Below, one piece after another: positions 19,401 through 27,659 of a DNA stretch of 57,640 bases. The stretch comes from a virus (lineage: Duplodnaviria > Caudoviricetes), in IMG/VR virus record IMGVR_UViG_3300035703_000108, positions 1 to 57,640 of that record; one strand, written 5' to 3'. The position numbers were made by a program, and so were the translations under genes. The notes beneath the pieces were generated by a model. That model had not been told where the DNA came from and did no database searches. It saw only the letters and a list, made by a program, of their open reading frames with translations. Within the stretch, counting starts at the first letter, position 1; every line of letters begins with the position of its first letter.

Positions 19401-20895
19401 GACGGACGGCTTGGTGGAAGTTGATGCCCGAGGCGATGCTGTCCGCATACGCCTTGTTGACGATGTCCGTGCCGCTGGTGGGCGCGTTCTGGATCGTGCC
19501 GCTGGTCAGGGCGATCGACGTGATGTCCGTGTTCGCACCCAGCGCCGCCGCGCCCAGTGCCGTGCGCGCCGCGCCCGCCGTGCTGGCGCCCGTGCCGCCG
19601 CTGCCGATCGCGAGCGTGCCGCCCAGCGTCAAGGTGCCTGCGGAGGTGATGGGCGAGCCGCTGAACGTCAACCCCGTCGTGCCGCCCGACGCGGCCACCG
19701 AGGTCACCGTGCCCGCGAACTGGTCGTTCGACGTGATGGTGAAGTTGGGGTACGTGCCGCTGATCGACGTGGTGCCCGCACCGGTCAGGGAGACGATCTG
19801 GTCGGGAGCCGTGTTGTTGATCGTGAAGTTGGGGTAGGTGCCGCTGACACTGATCGCCGTGCCAGCCGTCAGGGAGACGATCTGGTCGGGCGCGGTGTTG
19901 TCGATGGTGATCGAGCCTGCCGCGTTCGTGACGGACACGCCGGTGCCTGCGGTCAGCGCCGCGAGGGTGTACCCAGCGCCGTTGCCGATGAGGAGCTGGC
20001 CGTTCGTCGGCGTGGCGGTCAGACCGGTGCCGCCGTTGTCGGGGGACAACGTGCCTCCGAGCGTCAGCGTGCCGATAGTCGTGACAGGGCCGCCGGTGAA
20101 GGTCATGCCCGTCGTGCCACCAGACGCGTTGACACTGGTCACGGTGCCCGTGCCGGTGAGCGTCGTCCAGAGCGGCTCATCCGTTCCGGTGGAAGTCAAC
20201 ACTTGCCCCGGTATGCCGGGGTTGGTCAGGGCGAACTTGGTGCCAGTCGAATACACGACGGCACCGGCAACGGGAGACAGGGCGTCGCCAGTGCCGCCGC
20301 GACCCAAGGGGAGCGACCCCTGAGTTTCGTTCGTGTCGCTGAGATCCACGGCGGGGTGCACGTGGTCTTCGCGAGCGGCAGCAGTCGAGACGCCCGCCGT
20401 AGCGGTGCCGAGAGCTTGGGGTGTTGCAGTTGCGAGGTTTACGGAAAGCGTGACGTTGTTCGCGAGCGAGCCGCCGCCGGTCAGGCCGGTGCCTGCGATG
20501 ATCAGGCGGCCTTCAGGGACGTAGCCCGTGGCTACGACGGGGCTGGTCGTGACGGACGTTACCCGCCCGTTCGCGTCCACCGTGACAGTCGGGACATTTG
20601 ATCCGTTGCCGTAAACACCAGCCACAACCCCAGTTGTATCAAGCTGACTAGCGCCCACACCGCCATTAGCGATAGCGAACACGCGGTTAGCAGAAAGATC
20701 ACCGCCCCCAACAAGACCAGTTCCCGCAGTGAGAGTGCGGCTTGGCGGCACCTCTCCAGAAGAAGCGACGTTGCTGAACTGAACCTTGTACGTGCTGCCA
20801 TCAAGGACATACGGAAAATACCCCGCTTGGCTGCTACCCGTGTACTCGGGCAGGCCGGTAATCTTGGTCGGGATGAGGTTGGTTGGGACACTCAC
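16450..20895 (-). CDS. Long tail fibre / receptor-binding protein with S74 chaperone (1481 aa)
   Basis: Gly/Thr-rich shaft, repeated ERMRI..GNVGIG modules, C-terminal SDRSLKKEI...GFIAQELQ...VAYQSLIPVLVKALQE. Confidence 0.88.
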   Translation of the reverse strand: MSVPTNLIPTKITGLPEYTGSSQAGYFPYVLDGSTYKVQFSNVASSGEVPPSRTLTAGTGLVGGGDLSANRVFAIANGGVGASQLDTTGVVAGVYGNGSNVPTVTVDANGRVTSVTTSPVVATGYVPEGRLIIAGTGLTGGGSLANNVTLSVNLATATPQALGTATAGVSTAAAREDHVHPAVDLSDTNETQGSLPLGRGGTGDALSPVAGAVVYSTGTKFALTNPGIPGQVLTSTGTDEPLWTTLTGTGTVTSVNASGGTTGMTFTGGPVTTIGTLTLGGTLSPDNGGTGLTATPTNGQLLIGNGAGYTLAALTAGTGVSVTNAAGSITIDNTAPDQIVSLTAGTAISVSGTYPNFTINNTAPDQIVSLTGAGTTSISGTYPNFTITSNDQFAGTVTSVAASGGTTGLTFSGSPITSAGTLTLGGTLAIGSGGTGASTAGAARTALGAAALGANTDITSIALTSGTIQNAPTSGTDIVNKAYADSIASGINFHQAVRLATVAALPAYTYNNGTGGVGATITANANGALSIDGVAVVAGNRVLIKNEVGAAQADHGVYVVTQTGNGSTPFILTRATDFDSTGTGVDQIDAGDFFLVTAGAILANTSWVQQTPLPITIGTTPIIFSQFGAPVLYTAGTGLTLSGTVFSITNTGVTASTYGSASQVPVIAVNAQGQITSANSTSIAISASQITSGVLPVGNGGTGATTLTANGVLLGNGTSAVSATAVGTTGQVLVGNTGAAPTWATLSSAAVTSFSAGTTGLTPSTATTGAITLGGTLAVANGGTGVTTSTGTGSVVLNTSPTLVTPSLGVASADSIATLKGTVGAVAYGFISNTNTGMWSPSSDAIAFSTAGSERLRVTSAGNFGIGTNNPVTRLHVAGTGSGPTLRLENQTASTGKTYEIISGDGGPLRFQDITAGVERMRIASDGNVGIGTNAPVSAFGRSLHVFNDANTGTVASNTILVVESTNRNAVIDISGSASSTNSVVFSDTVGTGLASIASEVANQNLLFRSGGTTERMRITSGGDVGIGVSAPGTRLQVADVAAPSGFSSTAVRVTRSNYGADFIGYIDQGVGHGGIISTVDNGTPTERMRITNAGNVGVGSTNPEARLQVRQDLDGTTGAIIQNRNGSGTPVAALRFITGGLDLADNRWAGITSQGVVAADLRFFTSSGAPLERMRIDSSGNVGIGTSSAVARLRVAAGGAVNAPVLGNVTNYPAFLSNNDPSYGLGIGTSAADGRVWLQAQRSDSAVAYNITLNEAGGRVGVGTSSPVQIFQVSTVGQSIDGPFFASSTGPWMRFIPNSSPGAYNGLVAAGTNAFIFSSGSVNAGTLTIAPWADGSSGVVINASGEVYIAGTADQGAFNLQVNGTGVWGAGAYVNGSDRSLKKEIAPLAEALDVVNALKPVTFRYKEDYSKDQSIQPGFIAQELQEALGGEVYADGVVQAGPKHLNVAYQSLIPVLVKALQEANEKIDTLATRVAQLEGN

Positions 20896-21212
20896 AGCTC
20901 GTCATCCTCGAAGAAAATCAGGAAGTCGTCGTCATCCTCGGTGATCAGGAACACGTCGCCATCTTGGCTGATCACGCCGCTCGGGTTCGTCGGTATCGGC
21001 GTGTCGGTGCGCATGAAGGGCAGCGTGATGTTTTCCGTCTGCCGAGGGGGCAGGCGATAGGGGTCGAACTGGTCCGTGTCCTCGTCGCATACGCGCAGGC
21101 CGGGGAAGTTCGGGTCGGACTGCAACTTGTGCAGGGGCATCTTGCGGCTGCACCGGCTGCAAATGCCGATGCCCAGCGTCGGGTTGCCGCGCGTGTTGAG
21201 GTAGAGGGGCAT
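20892..21212 (-). CDS. CxxC-containing virion-module protein (106 aa), paralog of the adjacent gene
   Basis: GICSRCSRK...PGLRVC...DPYRLP; ATG 21212 overlaps the upstream stop. Confidence 0.7.
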   Translation of the reverse strand: MPLYLNTRGNPTLGIGICSRCSRKMPLHKLQSDPNFPGLRVCDEDTDQFDPYRLPPRQTENITLPFMRTDTPIPTNPSGVISQDGDVFLITEDDDDFLIFFEDDEL

Positions 21213-21442
21213 TAGGAAAGCGCCTCGTCCGGTCGCGGGAAGCGCAGGGCGATCTGCTCGCCAGACCGCGCGGGCAGGCGATACGGGTCGTAATCGTCGA
21301 GGTCTTCCTTGCACACCTTGAGACCGGGATTGTTGCGGTCGCTCCACAACTCCTCCAGCGGAAACTTCCGCTTGCACCGGTCGCACAGGCCGACTGCCAG
21401 CCACTGCTTGCCGCGTGTGTCGAGGTAACCCTCTACTGGCAT
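21212..21442 (-). CDS. CxxC-containing virion-module protein (76 aa)
   Basis: GLCDRCKRK...PGLKVC...DPYRLP; ATG 21442 overlaps the upstream stop. Confidence 0.7.
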   Translation of the reverse strand: MPVEGYLDTRGKQWLAVGLCDRCKRKFPLEELWSDRNNPGLKVCKEDLDDYDPYRLPARSGEQIALRFPRPDEALS

Positions 21443-22428
21443 CAGCGCGTGTACATCGAGATGTTGGGCAGGATCATCATCGGGCTGTTGTCGCGCTCTT
21501 CCTGCTGCGCGAAATACAGGGCTTCCTTGGCCTTGGCGTCGAGCATCGGGATCATCTGCGCATCGACCTCGATGTACTCCATGGCGAGCTTGGCGGCGAG
21601 CATGGACACGATCGCGTCGTACCAACGCTGCGGCACCTCGATCTCCTCCGTCATGGTGCCAACGTCCATGATGTACCGCTGGCGCCAGATGACGATCTGG
21701 TATTCCTCGGCGCTGTTGCTGGGCACCGGCCACATGTACATGACCGGCTGCACGACCTGACGGTCGAGCCAGAACTGGAGCGGCCTATTCGACTGGAAGC
21801 TCTTGTTCGGGAGGTTCGTATAATCGTCGCGGCTCAGACGCGCGATCGGGATCTCCGTCGGCGTGTTGCCGAGGTAGATGCGGCTGAAGCCGAGGGTGCC
21901 GCTGGTTGCCAGCACGCGGAAATATGGGGTTGCGACACTGCTGTCGAGATCGAACCAAGTCCACTCACCTGCCGATGCGGTTGGGGTTTCCGTCTGGATG
22001 GTCCGCCACGTCACGCCGTCGTCGCTGCGCTGGAGCGAGATCGGCACGGCTGGGGATGTCCACTTGATGCCAACGGTCGTGACGAAGGTCTGCGTCGGGA
22101 AGAAGACGGTGCGCGACGTGCTGGTGTCGGTGTTGATGCCCGCCACCTGCTGCAAGGTGCGCAGGTTGCTGTTCAGAATGTCCAACGTGCCGGTGTCGAG
22201 TGTGATCGTGCCCACGCCGTCGTAGAGCGGGTATATCTGCTTCTCGATGCACCAGAGCTGGATGCCACGGTTCGAGAGGTCGGAGAGCAGCAGGTAAAGC
22301 TGGTCGTTGGCGACCTCGACGTGCTCAGCACTCAGCGACTGCGGAGGCAGCTTGCACCGGCGCGCGGCGTTTTCGATCACCTTGCGGGTGTTGAAGGTTG
22401 TCTGGGATACTGTCCCCGAATAGGCCAT
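21442..22428 (-). CDS. Head-tail connector / head completion protein (328 aa)
   Basis: LLSDLSNRGIQLW, LPNK...RPLQFW, MWPVP, EVPQRW motifs typical of podoviral adaptors. Confidence 0.6.
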   Translation of the reverse strand: MAYSGTVSQTTFNTRKVIENAARRCKLPPQSLSAEHVEVANDQLYLLLSDLSNRGIQLWCIEKQIYPLYDGVGTITLDTGTLDILNSNLRTLQQVAGINTDTSTSRTVFFPTQTFVTTVGIKWTSPAVPISLQRSDDGVTWRTIQTETPTASAGEWTWFDLDSSVATPYFRVLATSGTLGFSRIYLGNTPTEIPIARLSRDDYTNLPNKSFQSNRPLQFWLDRQVVQPVMYMWPVPSNSAEEYQIVIWRQRYIMDVGTMTEEIEVPQRWYDAIVSMLAAKLAMEYIEVDAQMIPMLDAKAKEALYFAQQEERDNSPMMILPNISMYTR

Positions 22429-22492
22429 AGGTCTTTTGCTCGCTGGTTATGAGCAGCAGCCTGCAAAGCGAGCAAGCATTTCTGGCCCGGAG

Positions 22493-22521
22493 AGTATACA
22501 GGACGCGAAGCGGTAGGACAA
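22493..22521 (-). promoter_or_regulatory. Sigma70-like promoter TTGTCC-N17-TATACT for the tail genes
   Basis: In the 22429-22539 gap; CAGGACGCG/CGCGTCCTG inverted repeat (22499-22507, 22524-22532) straddles the -35 box. Confidence 0.5.
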
Positions 22522-22539
22522 CCCGCGTCCTGCGCCCCC

Positions 22540-23136
22540 TTAACGCTTGATCATCGGCTCGCGGCTCGCGACGGGCACGCCGCGCTTCTTCGGTGCGGGC
22601 ATCTTGGCACCGGCAGCGCGCGCCTCGCTCATGGCGATGGCCGTGGCCTGCTTCGGGTTGGTGACCTTCGGACCCTTCTTCGATCCACTGTGCAGCTCGC
22701 CGCGCTTGAACTCACCCATGACCTTGGCGATCTTGGCCGCGCCCTTGACGCTGCCGCCCTTGGCGTAGCCCTCGACGTCGCCGCCCTGCATGTAGCGCAT
22801 GCGGGTGGTGTCCTTGAAGCTTTCCATCTCGCGAGCTGCCCTCGCTTGGGCGCGGTTGGCGCGGTCGATGGCCGCTGCTTCGGCTGCCGTGGCCGTAACC
22901 TTCTTGGCGGCAGCGCGATTGGGCGCCATCCGCATCTCGCGTGCTTCCATCGCCTGCGAGCGGTTGGCGCGGTCGATAACGTCCCGTGAGGGTTCGCGTG
23001 CGGGACGGCTCTCAGCGGCGCGGGAGATGGCCCCGAGCTTGACGGCAAGGGGGTTCTGTGAGGGCAGCTTGTCACGTCCGTCGAGACGAACGGCGACGAC
23101 GGGCTTGCCTGCGGGGTCGGTACGACGACGGTTCAT
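22540..23136 (-). CDS. Basic virion-module protein with DUF6496-like domain (198 aa)
   Basis: KIAKVMGEFKRGELHSG...VTNPKQATAIAMSEA motif. Confidence 0.65.
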   Translation of the reverse strand: MNRRRTDPAGKPVVAVRLDGRDKLPSQNPLAVKLGAISRAAESRPAREPSRDVIDRANRSQAMEAREMRMAPNRAAAKKVTATAAEAAAIDRANRAQARAAREMESFKDTTRMRYMQGGDVEGYAKGGSVKGAAKIAKVMGEFKRGELHSGSKKGPKVTNPKQATAIAMSEARAAGAKMPAPKKRGVPVASREPMIKR

Positions 23137-23137
23137 G

Positions 23138-23314
23138 TTATTTGCCTTTCTTCACGGCGAAAGCGTTATCGATCAAATTCGGGTAGGGGCGGCCAGCGGC
23201 CTTGGCGCGGCGCTTGGCGGAAGCCTTCTGCTTGACGCTGAGCGACTTCGGTTTGCGCTTCTTGCCACCCTTGGTCTTAGGTGCGTCGGTTTCCCAGAAG
23301 GGCTTCTTGTCCAT
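23138..23314 (-). CDS. Small basic protein (58 aa, MDKKPFWET...AGRPYPNLIDN...)
   Basis: Read by eye; fills the gap between neighbours on the same strand. Confidence 0.65.
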   Translation of the reverse strand: MDKKPFWETDAPKTKGGKKRKPKSLSVKQKASAKRRAKAAGRPYPNLIDNAFAVKKGK

Positions 23315-23315
23315 G

Positions 23316-23879
23316 TCAGCAATCCCACTTTCTGAGGGCGAGTGCCTTGCGGGTCGGTCGGCCCTTTTCGTCCTTCATCGCACCCTCCATGCCGCCCATC
23401 CGTGCGCAGAATGACTTGCGCCGTGCGGCGGCCTTGGGGGATTTCTTGGCCTGCTTGGCGCTGACGGGCGGCTTGATGTCCTGACCCTGCGCCTTGAGCG
23501 AGGCCCGGCCCTTGGCGTTCAGGCCGCCTTCGGGGTTCTTGCCTTCCTTGCGCGTCCAAGCACCACCGCCCTCGGCCTTCTTGACGGCAAAGCCGCCCTT
23601 GGCGAAGCGTGCCGGTGCGCCCATCTGCGGCGACCCCATGGCCGATCCCATGCCCTGCGGCATCGCCTGTGGCATGCCCTGCGGCATGGGCTGCGGCATG
23701 GGCTGCGGCATCTGGAGCTGCATGGCCTGCTGCGGCTGCGGCATCTGGGGTTGGGGAGCCATGGGTGTGGGCTGCTGCGGCGCGCGCATGCCCGCGCGGA
23801 GCGCGTCCTGCAACTGCCGCTGGGCGTCCGATACGGTCGTGGCAAAGCTAAGCGGTGCGCCCAAGTTCATGCCCATCAA
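23316..23879 (-). CDS. Low-complexity protein with DUF6321-like basic C-terminus (187 aa)
   Basis: MPQ repeats, then GGLNAKGRAS...RRKSFCARMGGM...ALRKWDC. Confidence 0.65.
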   Translation of the reverse strand: MMGMNLGAPLSFATTVSDAQRQLQDALRAGMRAPQQPTPMAPQPQMPQPQQAMQLQMPQPMPQPMPQGMPQAMPQGMGSAMGSPQMGAPARFAKGGFAVKKAEGGGAWTRKEGKNPEGGLNAKGRASLKAQGQDIKPPVSAKQAKKSPKAAARRKSFCARMGGMEGAMKDEKGRPTRKALALRKWDC

Positions 23880-24283
23880 TCCGCGTAGGACTTCACCATC
23901 TCGAGGATGATGGTATAGTCATCGTTGGCGGATGCGTCTTGGGTCGAGAACAAAATGTCGCCCGTCTTGCCAGCGCCTGCGTTATTCCACAGGCCGCCGA
24001 AGCTCTCGTAATCCGCGACATAGTTGGTGTTCTGCGGGATAACGGCGATCAAAACATCAGCAGTCGCGTCCCAGTACATGGCGACCTGCATACCGTGCGT
24101 CATCGCGTAAATCTTCGTGATCGTCACGCCATCGCAGGGGCGCTGGAACGAACTGGGCGACAAAGCCGAGACATCGACTTTCAGAACCTTGTTCTCGCCG
24201 GTGCCGTCGGAAATGTTGGTGAACTTCATGATGGCTTTGCGCTCGCCATCAAACAGGATCTGTGTTGCTACAGCGTCGGCCAT
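23876..24283 (-). CDS. Virion structural protein (135 aa)
   Basis: Beta-rich ORF in the head module. Confidence 0.6.
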   Translation of the reverse strand: MADAVATQILFDGERKAIMKFTNISDGTGENKVLKVDVSALSPSSFQRPCDGVTITKIYAMTHGMQVAMYWDATADVLIAVIPQNTNYVADYESFGGLWNNAGAGKTGDILFSTQDASANDDYTIILEMVKSYAD

Positions 24284-24363
24284 CTATCTGTCCTTGAACC
24301 TAAAGGGTCGGGCGACACGGACTTCCCAGTGCCGCCCGACACCTCATAACACAGCGTTACCGC

Positions 24364-24816
24364 TTAGTCATCAGCCGTCGTTTGCACGTACAGCATGGTC
24401 ACGCGGACCTGACCAGCAGTCGGCTGACCGACCGAGGTGACGGTGGCGACAACCGTGCGGTTGTTGTCAACGTCGTCCATGGCGGCGAGCTGAGCGGCGC
24501 TGAAGCCGTTCGAACGACGCCCGGCAGTCTTCACGCTGATACCGCTGAGGTACTGCGTGCCGCCCGATGCGGTGCCCGCCGACAGCGTGGCCGAGGTCGC
24601 GCTGTCAAAGGCAGTCAGAACATCGACGTAGAAATCGACGATCTGGCTGTCAGCCGGGATGTTGAACGTGGCGTTCTGGACCAGCGTTGCATCGAAGTTG
24701 ATGAGCGCAGTCTGGCTGAGCGCAACGAGGCCGATGTTCGGCCCGCCGCTCTCACCCGCGTTGCGATCACCCGATGCGAGTGGCCCGCTCCAAGTGGTCT
24801 GAGACATATTTTTCAA
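24364..24816 (-). CDS. Virion structural / decoration protein (about 150 aa)
   Basis: Beta-rich ORF downstream of the capsid gene; true start may be the second ATG (MSQTT). Confidence 0.6.
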   Translation of the reverse strand: MKNMSQTTWSGPLASGDRNAGESGGPNIGLVALSQTALINFDATLVQNATFNIPADSQIVDFYVDVLTAFDSATSATLSAGTASGGTQYLSGISVKTAGRRSNGFSAAQLAAMDDVDNNRTVVATVTSVGQPTAGQVRVTMLYVQTTADD

Positions 24817-24858
24817 TCCTTTTGCAAAAGGGGTGCTGCTATAGCGCGGCAGACGTTA

Positions 24859-25470
24859 TCACACCTTTCCATGCTTTGCTAGGTATGCTTTGGCCGCGTC
24901 GATCAGGCCCGGATTGTCGCCGAAAAGCCCAAGTGCGCGGTTGCAGTTTGAGCACAGCAGCGCGCGAACAACACCGGTGTCGTGGTCGTGATCGACGGCA
25001 AGGTCTCGTATCTTCCCCGAAGCTTTATCCGGTGCGCGCTCTGGCTGCGCGCAGACGGCGCACACGCCGCCCTGATCGTGCAGCATCTCCTGATAGCGCG
25101 CAGCGTCGATCCCAGAGGACTGCCACTTGCGCTGCTTGGCGTAGTGCGCGTGGCACAGACCCTTGGCGTAGAGGTGGTTGTCGCAGGTCTCGATCATGCA
25201 CGGTTTCGGCGGCGTCTTGCGGTTGCGGTAACGCGTGTGGCCGTGGCGGAGCAGACGCTGGTAGTGCGTCTTGCACAACCCCTTCGCCTTCACGGGTTCA
25301 GAGCAGCCGTCCTCAGTACATTCGGGCAACTTGTCGCGGACGCGAACCTTGATCAGCCCCGAGGGCACGACGCCCCGCTTGAACTGGGTGTAGTGCGTTT
25401 GGCAGTAGCCCCGCGCCTTATGGGGTCTGCCGCAGTCTGCGATGGTGCAGACGGTATGCTCTCTGCGCAT
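24859..25470 (-). CDS. Endonuclease VII-family (homing-type) nuclease with three N-terminal Cys/His repeats (203 aa)
   Basis: QGGVCAVC...LAVDHDHDTGVVRALLCSNCNRALG; three C-x4-C...A(K/R)G(L/Y)C..HY repeats. Confidence 0.9.
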   Translation of the reverse strand: MRREHTVCTIADCGRPHKARGYCQTHYTQFKRGVVPSGLIKVRVRDKLPECTEDGCSEPVKAKGLCKTHYQRLLRHGHTRYRNRKTPPKPCMIETCDNHLYAKGLCHAHYAKQRKWQSSGIDAARYQEMLHDQGGVCAVCAQPERAPDKASGKIRDLAVDHDHDTGVVRALLCSNCNRALGLFGDNPGLIDAAKAYLAKHGKV

Positions 25471-25521
25471 AAAAAAAAGCTCCTTCCGATGTTAGGTTTG
25501 TAGCCTAATACCGGAAGGAGC
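25471..25521 (-). terminator. Intrinsic terminator after the major capsid gene
   Basis: Minus strand GCTCCTTCCGG-TATTAGG...CCTAAC-ATCGGAAGGAGC followed by T8. Confidence 0.8.
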
Positions 25522-25562
25522 CAATTTCAAGTCAATTAAAATCGTTAGATTTTAGTGACTTA

Positions 25563-26477
25563 TTAGATACCAGCGGTACCGTAGACGCCACGGGGGTCGG
25601 TCCATCCGAACGCATAGCGTTCGGTGGCCTTGTAGCGCATGCTGTCGGTTTCGAAGTCACCTTCCATCGACTTCTCAAGGCCGCGACGCATCGCGAGCTT
25701 GAGGCCTTCCGGTGCGTCGGTCTGCACCCACCAAGCGGTGGTCGAGGTGATACGCGACAGGTTGGCTTGGCCGTCCGACAAAAGTCCCATGGAATTCACA
25801 GGGTTGATGTCATTGTTGGCGGTGCCAGCACGCAGCGACGACTTGAGCAGGACTTCCGCTTGGAAGACGTTGCTCGGGCCGGTGACGATCTTCTTCGGCG
25901 TGAGCCGGATGCGCTTGCCGTTGTTGTCAACAGCGTTGCGGATCTGGATCAGGATCTGCTCGAGCGAGGTCTGCGACAGGTTGGCTGCCGTGGAGAGCTG
26001 GTTCGAGAAGGTGCCGGTTGCGATCGGGTGGGCCGTGTTGACCAGCGACACGCCGTCGCCGCCCGCAAACGCGCTGTTGAAGGCACGGTTGAGGATGTTC
26101 GCACCAAGGGTTTCCTTGGTTTCGATCAGCGACTGAGCGAGGTGACGCGCGTAGGTCTGGCCGATGCGGATGTGGTCACCATCTTCGACCAGAACCTTCG
26201 TCAGAGCGAAGGCAAGGCCGTAGACGCGGTAGACGTAACGCTGAATGAACAGCACGCCGCCCGACTGGTAGGTGACCGGCATGCCGTCCGGCAGTTCCGG
26301 TGCGGCACCGAAGCCGAACAGCACAGGCTCTTCGTGGTAGTTCCGGGGAATACCCTTGAACTCCTTGAAGACCTGCGACCACTCGTCGGCGCGTTGGTCA
26401 TAGATGCCGTTGAACTCTTCGTTCAGGATCGGCTCAACGATGGAGCGGAAATCAGTACTCCGCATTGGGGTAGCCAT
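25563..26477 (-). CDS. Major capsid protein (Mu gpT-like family, 304 aa)
   Basis: Position after scaffold; size; biased codon usage; terminator downstream; GDFETDSMRYKATERYAFGWTDPRG C-terminus. Confidence 0.85.
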   Translation of the reverse strand: MATPMRSTDFRSIVEPILNEEFNGIYDQRADEWSQVFKEFKGIPRNYHEEPVLFGFGAAPELPDGMPVTYQSGGVLFIQRYVYRVYGLAFALTKVLVEDGDHIRIGQTYARHLAQSLIETKETLGANILNRAFNSAFAGGDGVSLVNTAHPIATGTFSNQLSTAANLSQTSLEQILIQIRNAVDNNGKRIRLTPKKIVTGPSNVFQAEVLLKSSLRAGTANNDINPVNSMGLLSDGQANLSRITSTTAWWVQTDAPEGLKLAMRRGLEKSMEGDFETDSMRYKATERYAFGWTDPRGVYGTAGI

Positions 26478-26491
26478 AGTTCAAGCCCTCC

Positions 26492-27052
26492 TTAGTAAGC
26501 GGCGCGGTCGGCGACGTTCTGGTGCTCAGCAACCTGAACTTCGACGATGGTGAAGTTGTCACCGGCGAAATTGTCCGGCCCCGAAGCAATGCCGACAATC
26601 CGCAGAGCGGCGTTGCCAGTGTTGGTCAGGGTGGCGGTGTCGAGCATCAGAGCCGACAGACCGGTGACGGTCGAGCCTGCGGTGATGGTCGTGTAGTCCG
26701 CCTGCGAACCGATGTCGGTCACCGCGATCGGGCCATTCGCCTGAATTTCGTAGACGATGGTCGGGTCGAGAGTGACGTAGGCGACGATGTCGGTGGCTGC
26801 GAGTGATGCAGTCCACTTGTTGCTCACGCGACGACGACCGTCGGTATCGGTGAACTCGACGCCTTGGAACGTACCGATGAAGCGGTCGCCGATGGCGGCA
26901 GCTTCGATGGTGCCGTTCGCGCCGATCTTAACCGGCTGGCTTTGGAGAATGTTGGCCGAATAGCCCGAAGCGATCGAGTAGGCGGTGGGCCGGAGCGCAC
27001 CACTTGGCGAAAACGCGGGACGAAGGCCAAACGGCTGAGAAGTCGTAGACAT
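26492..27052 (-). CDS. Head decoration / cement-like protein (186 aa)
   Basis: PFGLRP N-terminus; AGGAG RBS for the capsid gene follows; directly upstream of the capsid gene. Confidence 0.6.
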   Translation of the reverse strand: MSTTSQPFGLRPAFSPSGALRPTAYSIASGYSANILQSQPVKIGANGTIEAAAIGDRFIGTFQGVEFTDTDGRRRVSNKWTASLAATDIVAYVTLDPTIVYEIQANGPIAVTDIGSQADYTTITAGSTVTGLSALMLDTATLTNTGNAALRIVGIASGPDNFAGDNFTIVEVQVAEHQNVADRAAY

Positions 27053-27088
27053 AGCCTGTTACCTCATGTTTGGTTGCGAGACCCGAGC

Positions 27089-27643
27089 CTAGGTGAAAAT
27101 ACCACGGCGCGGGTTGTTATCACGCATCTCCGACAGGCCGTCGCCTTCGTACATCGTGCTCCCAGCTCTCTCGGCCTGCTCGCGGATGCTATCCGCGACT
27201 TCGGCGAGTTTGTCCTCTTCGCGCAACGGAGCGTTGTGGTGAGCTTCCTGCATGAACTTCTCGTAGAGGCTCTGTGGCAGCTTAAACGCAAGCATCTCGT
27301 TGACGCCAATGAAGCCGGTGTATTCACCCGTCTTCACCGAGGCATACTCCATACCCGGCACCTCTTGCGGTTTCACAGGCTCGTAGCCGAGCTGCATACG
27401 CCGATGGATAGGATCGCGCGGGTTGGTAGTTGTGAGCCAGCACACGTGAAAGCCCGGGATGTCCGGCAAATCAGGGAGTGCGTCGTTAAACAACTGGTTA
27501 CGGAACATCTCGAGCCGGTCGTCTTCACTCACCTCGCGGTTCTCTGTGACCTCACGGTCCTGAGAGCGGCGGGTGTCGCGGCGACCGACAACGTCGAAAT
27601 CCGCATCCTTCTTCAAGCGGCTGTCTTCAGTGCTATTTGTCAT
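27089..27643 (-). CDS. Head-module protein of unknown function (184 aa)
   Basis: AAGGAG RBS; IPGFHVCW...LGYEPV motif; between scaffold and capsid genes. Confidence 0.7.
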   Translation of the reverse strand: MTNSTEDSRLKKDADFDVVGRRDTRRSQDREVTENREVSEDDRLEMFRNQLFNDALPDLPDIPGFHVCWLTTTNPRDPIHRRMQLGYEPVKPQEVPGMEYASVKTGEYTGFIGVNEMLAFKLPQSLYEKFMQEAHHNAPLREEDKLAEVADSIREQAERAGSTMYEGDGLSEMRDNNPRRGIFT

Positions 27644-27659
27644 GGTGTCTCACTCCTTC

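Noticed and set aside
18061-20601. Long antisense ORFs (846 aa here; also 7334..9085, 5446..6888, 29337..30743)
   Set aside because: Shadow frames of GC-rich genes on the opposite strand, with no recognisable motifs
14649-20895. Diversity-generating retroelement acting on tail fibres
   Set aside because: No reverse transcriptase gene; internal repeats are in-frame structural duplications, not adenine-specific TR/VR pairs
23640-23780. GGCAT-rich repeat resembling a second pentamer array
   Set aside because: It has 12-nt codon periodicity and encodes the MPQ repeats of 23316..23879
24859-25470. Group I intron around either homing endonuclease
   Set aside because: Flanking genes appear intact and intergenic space is too short for an intron core; both nucleases look free-standing
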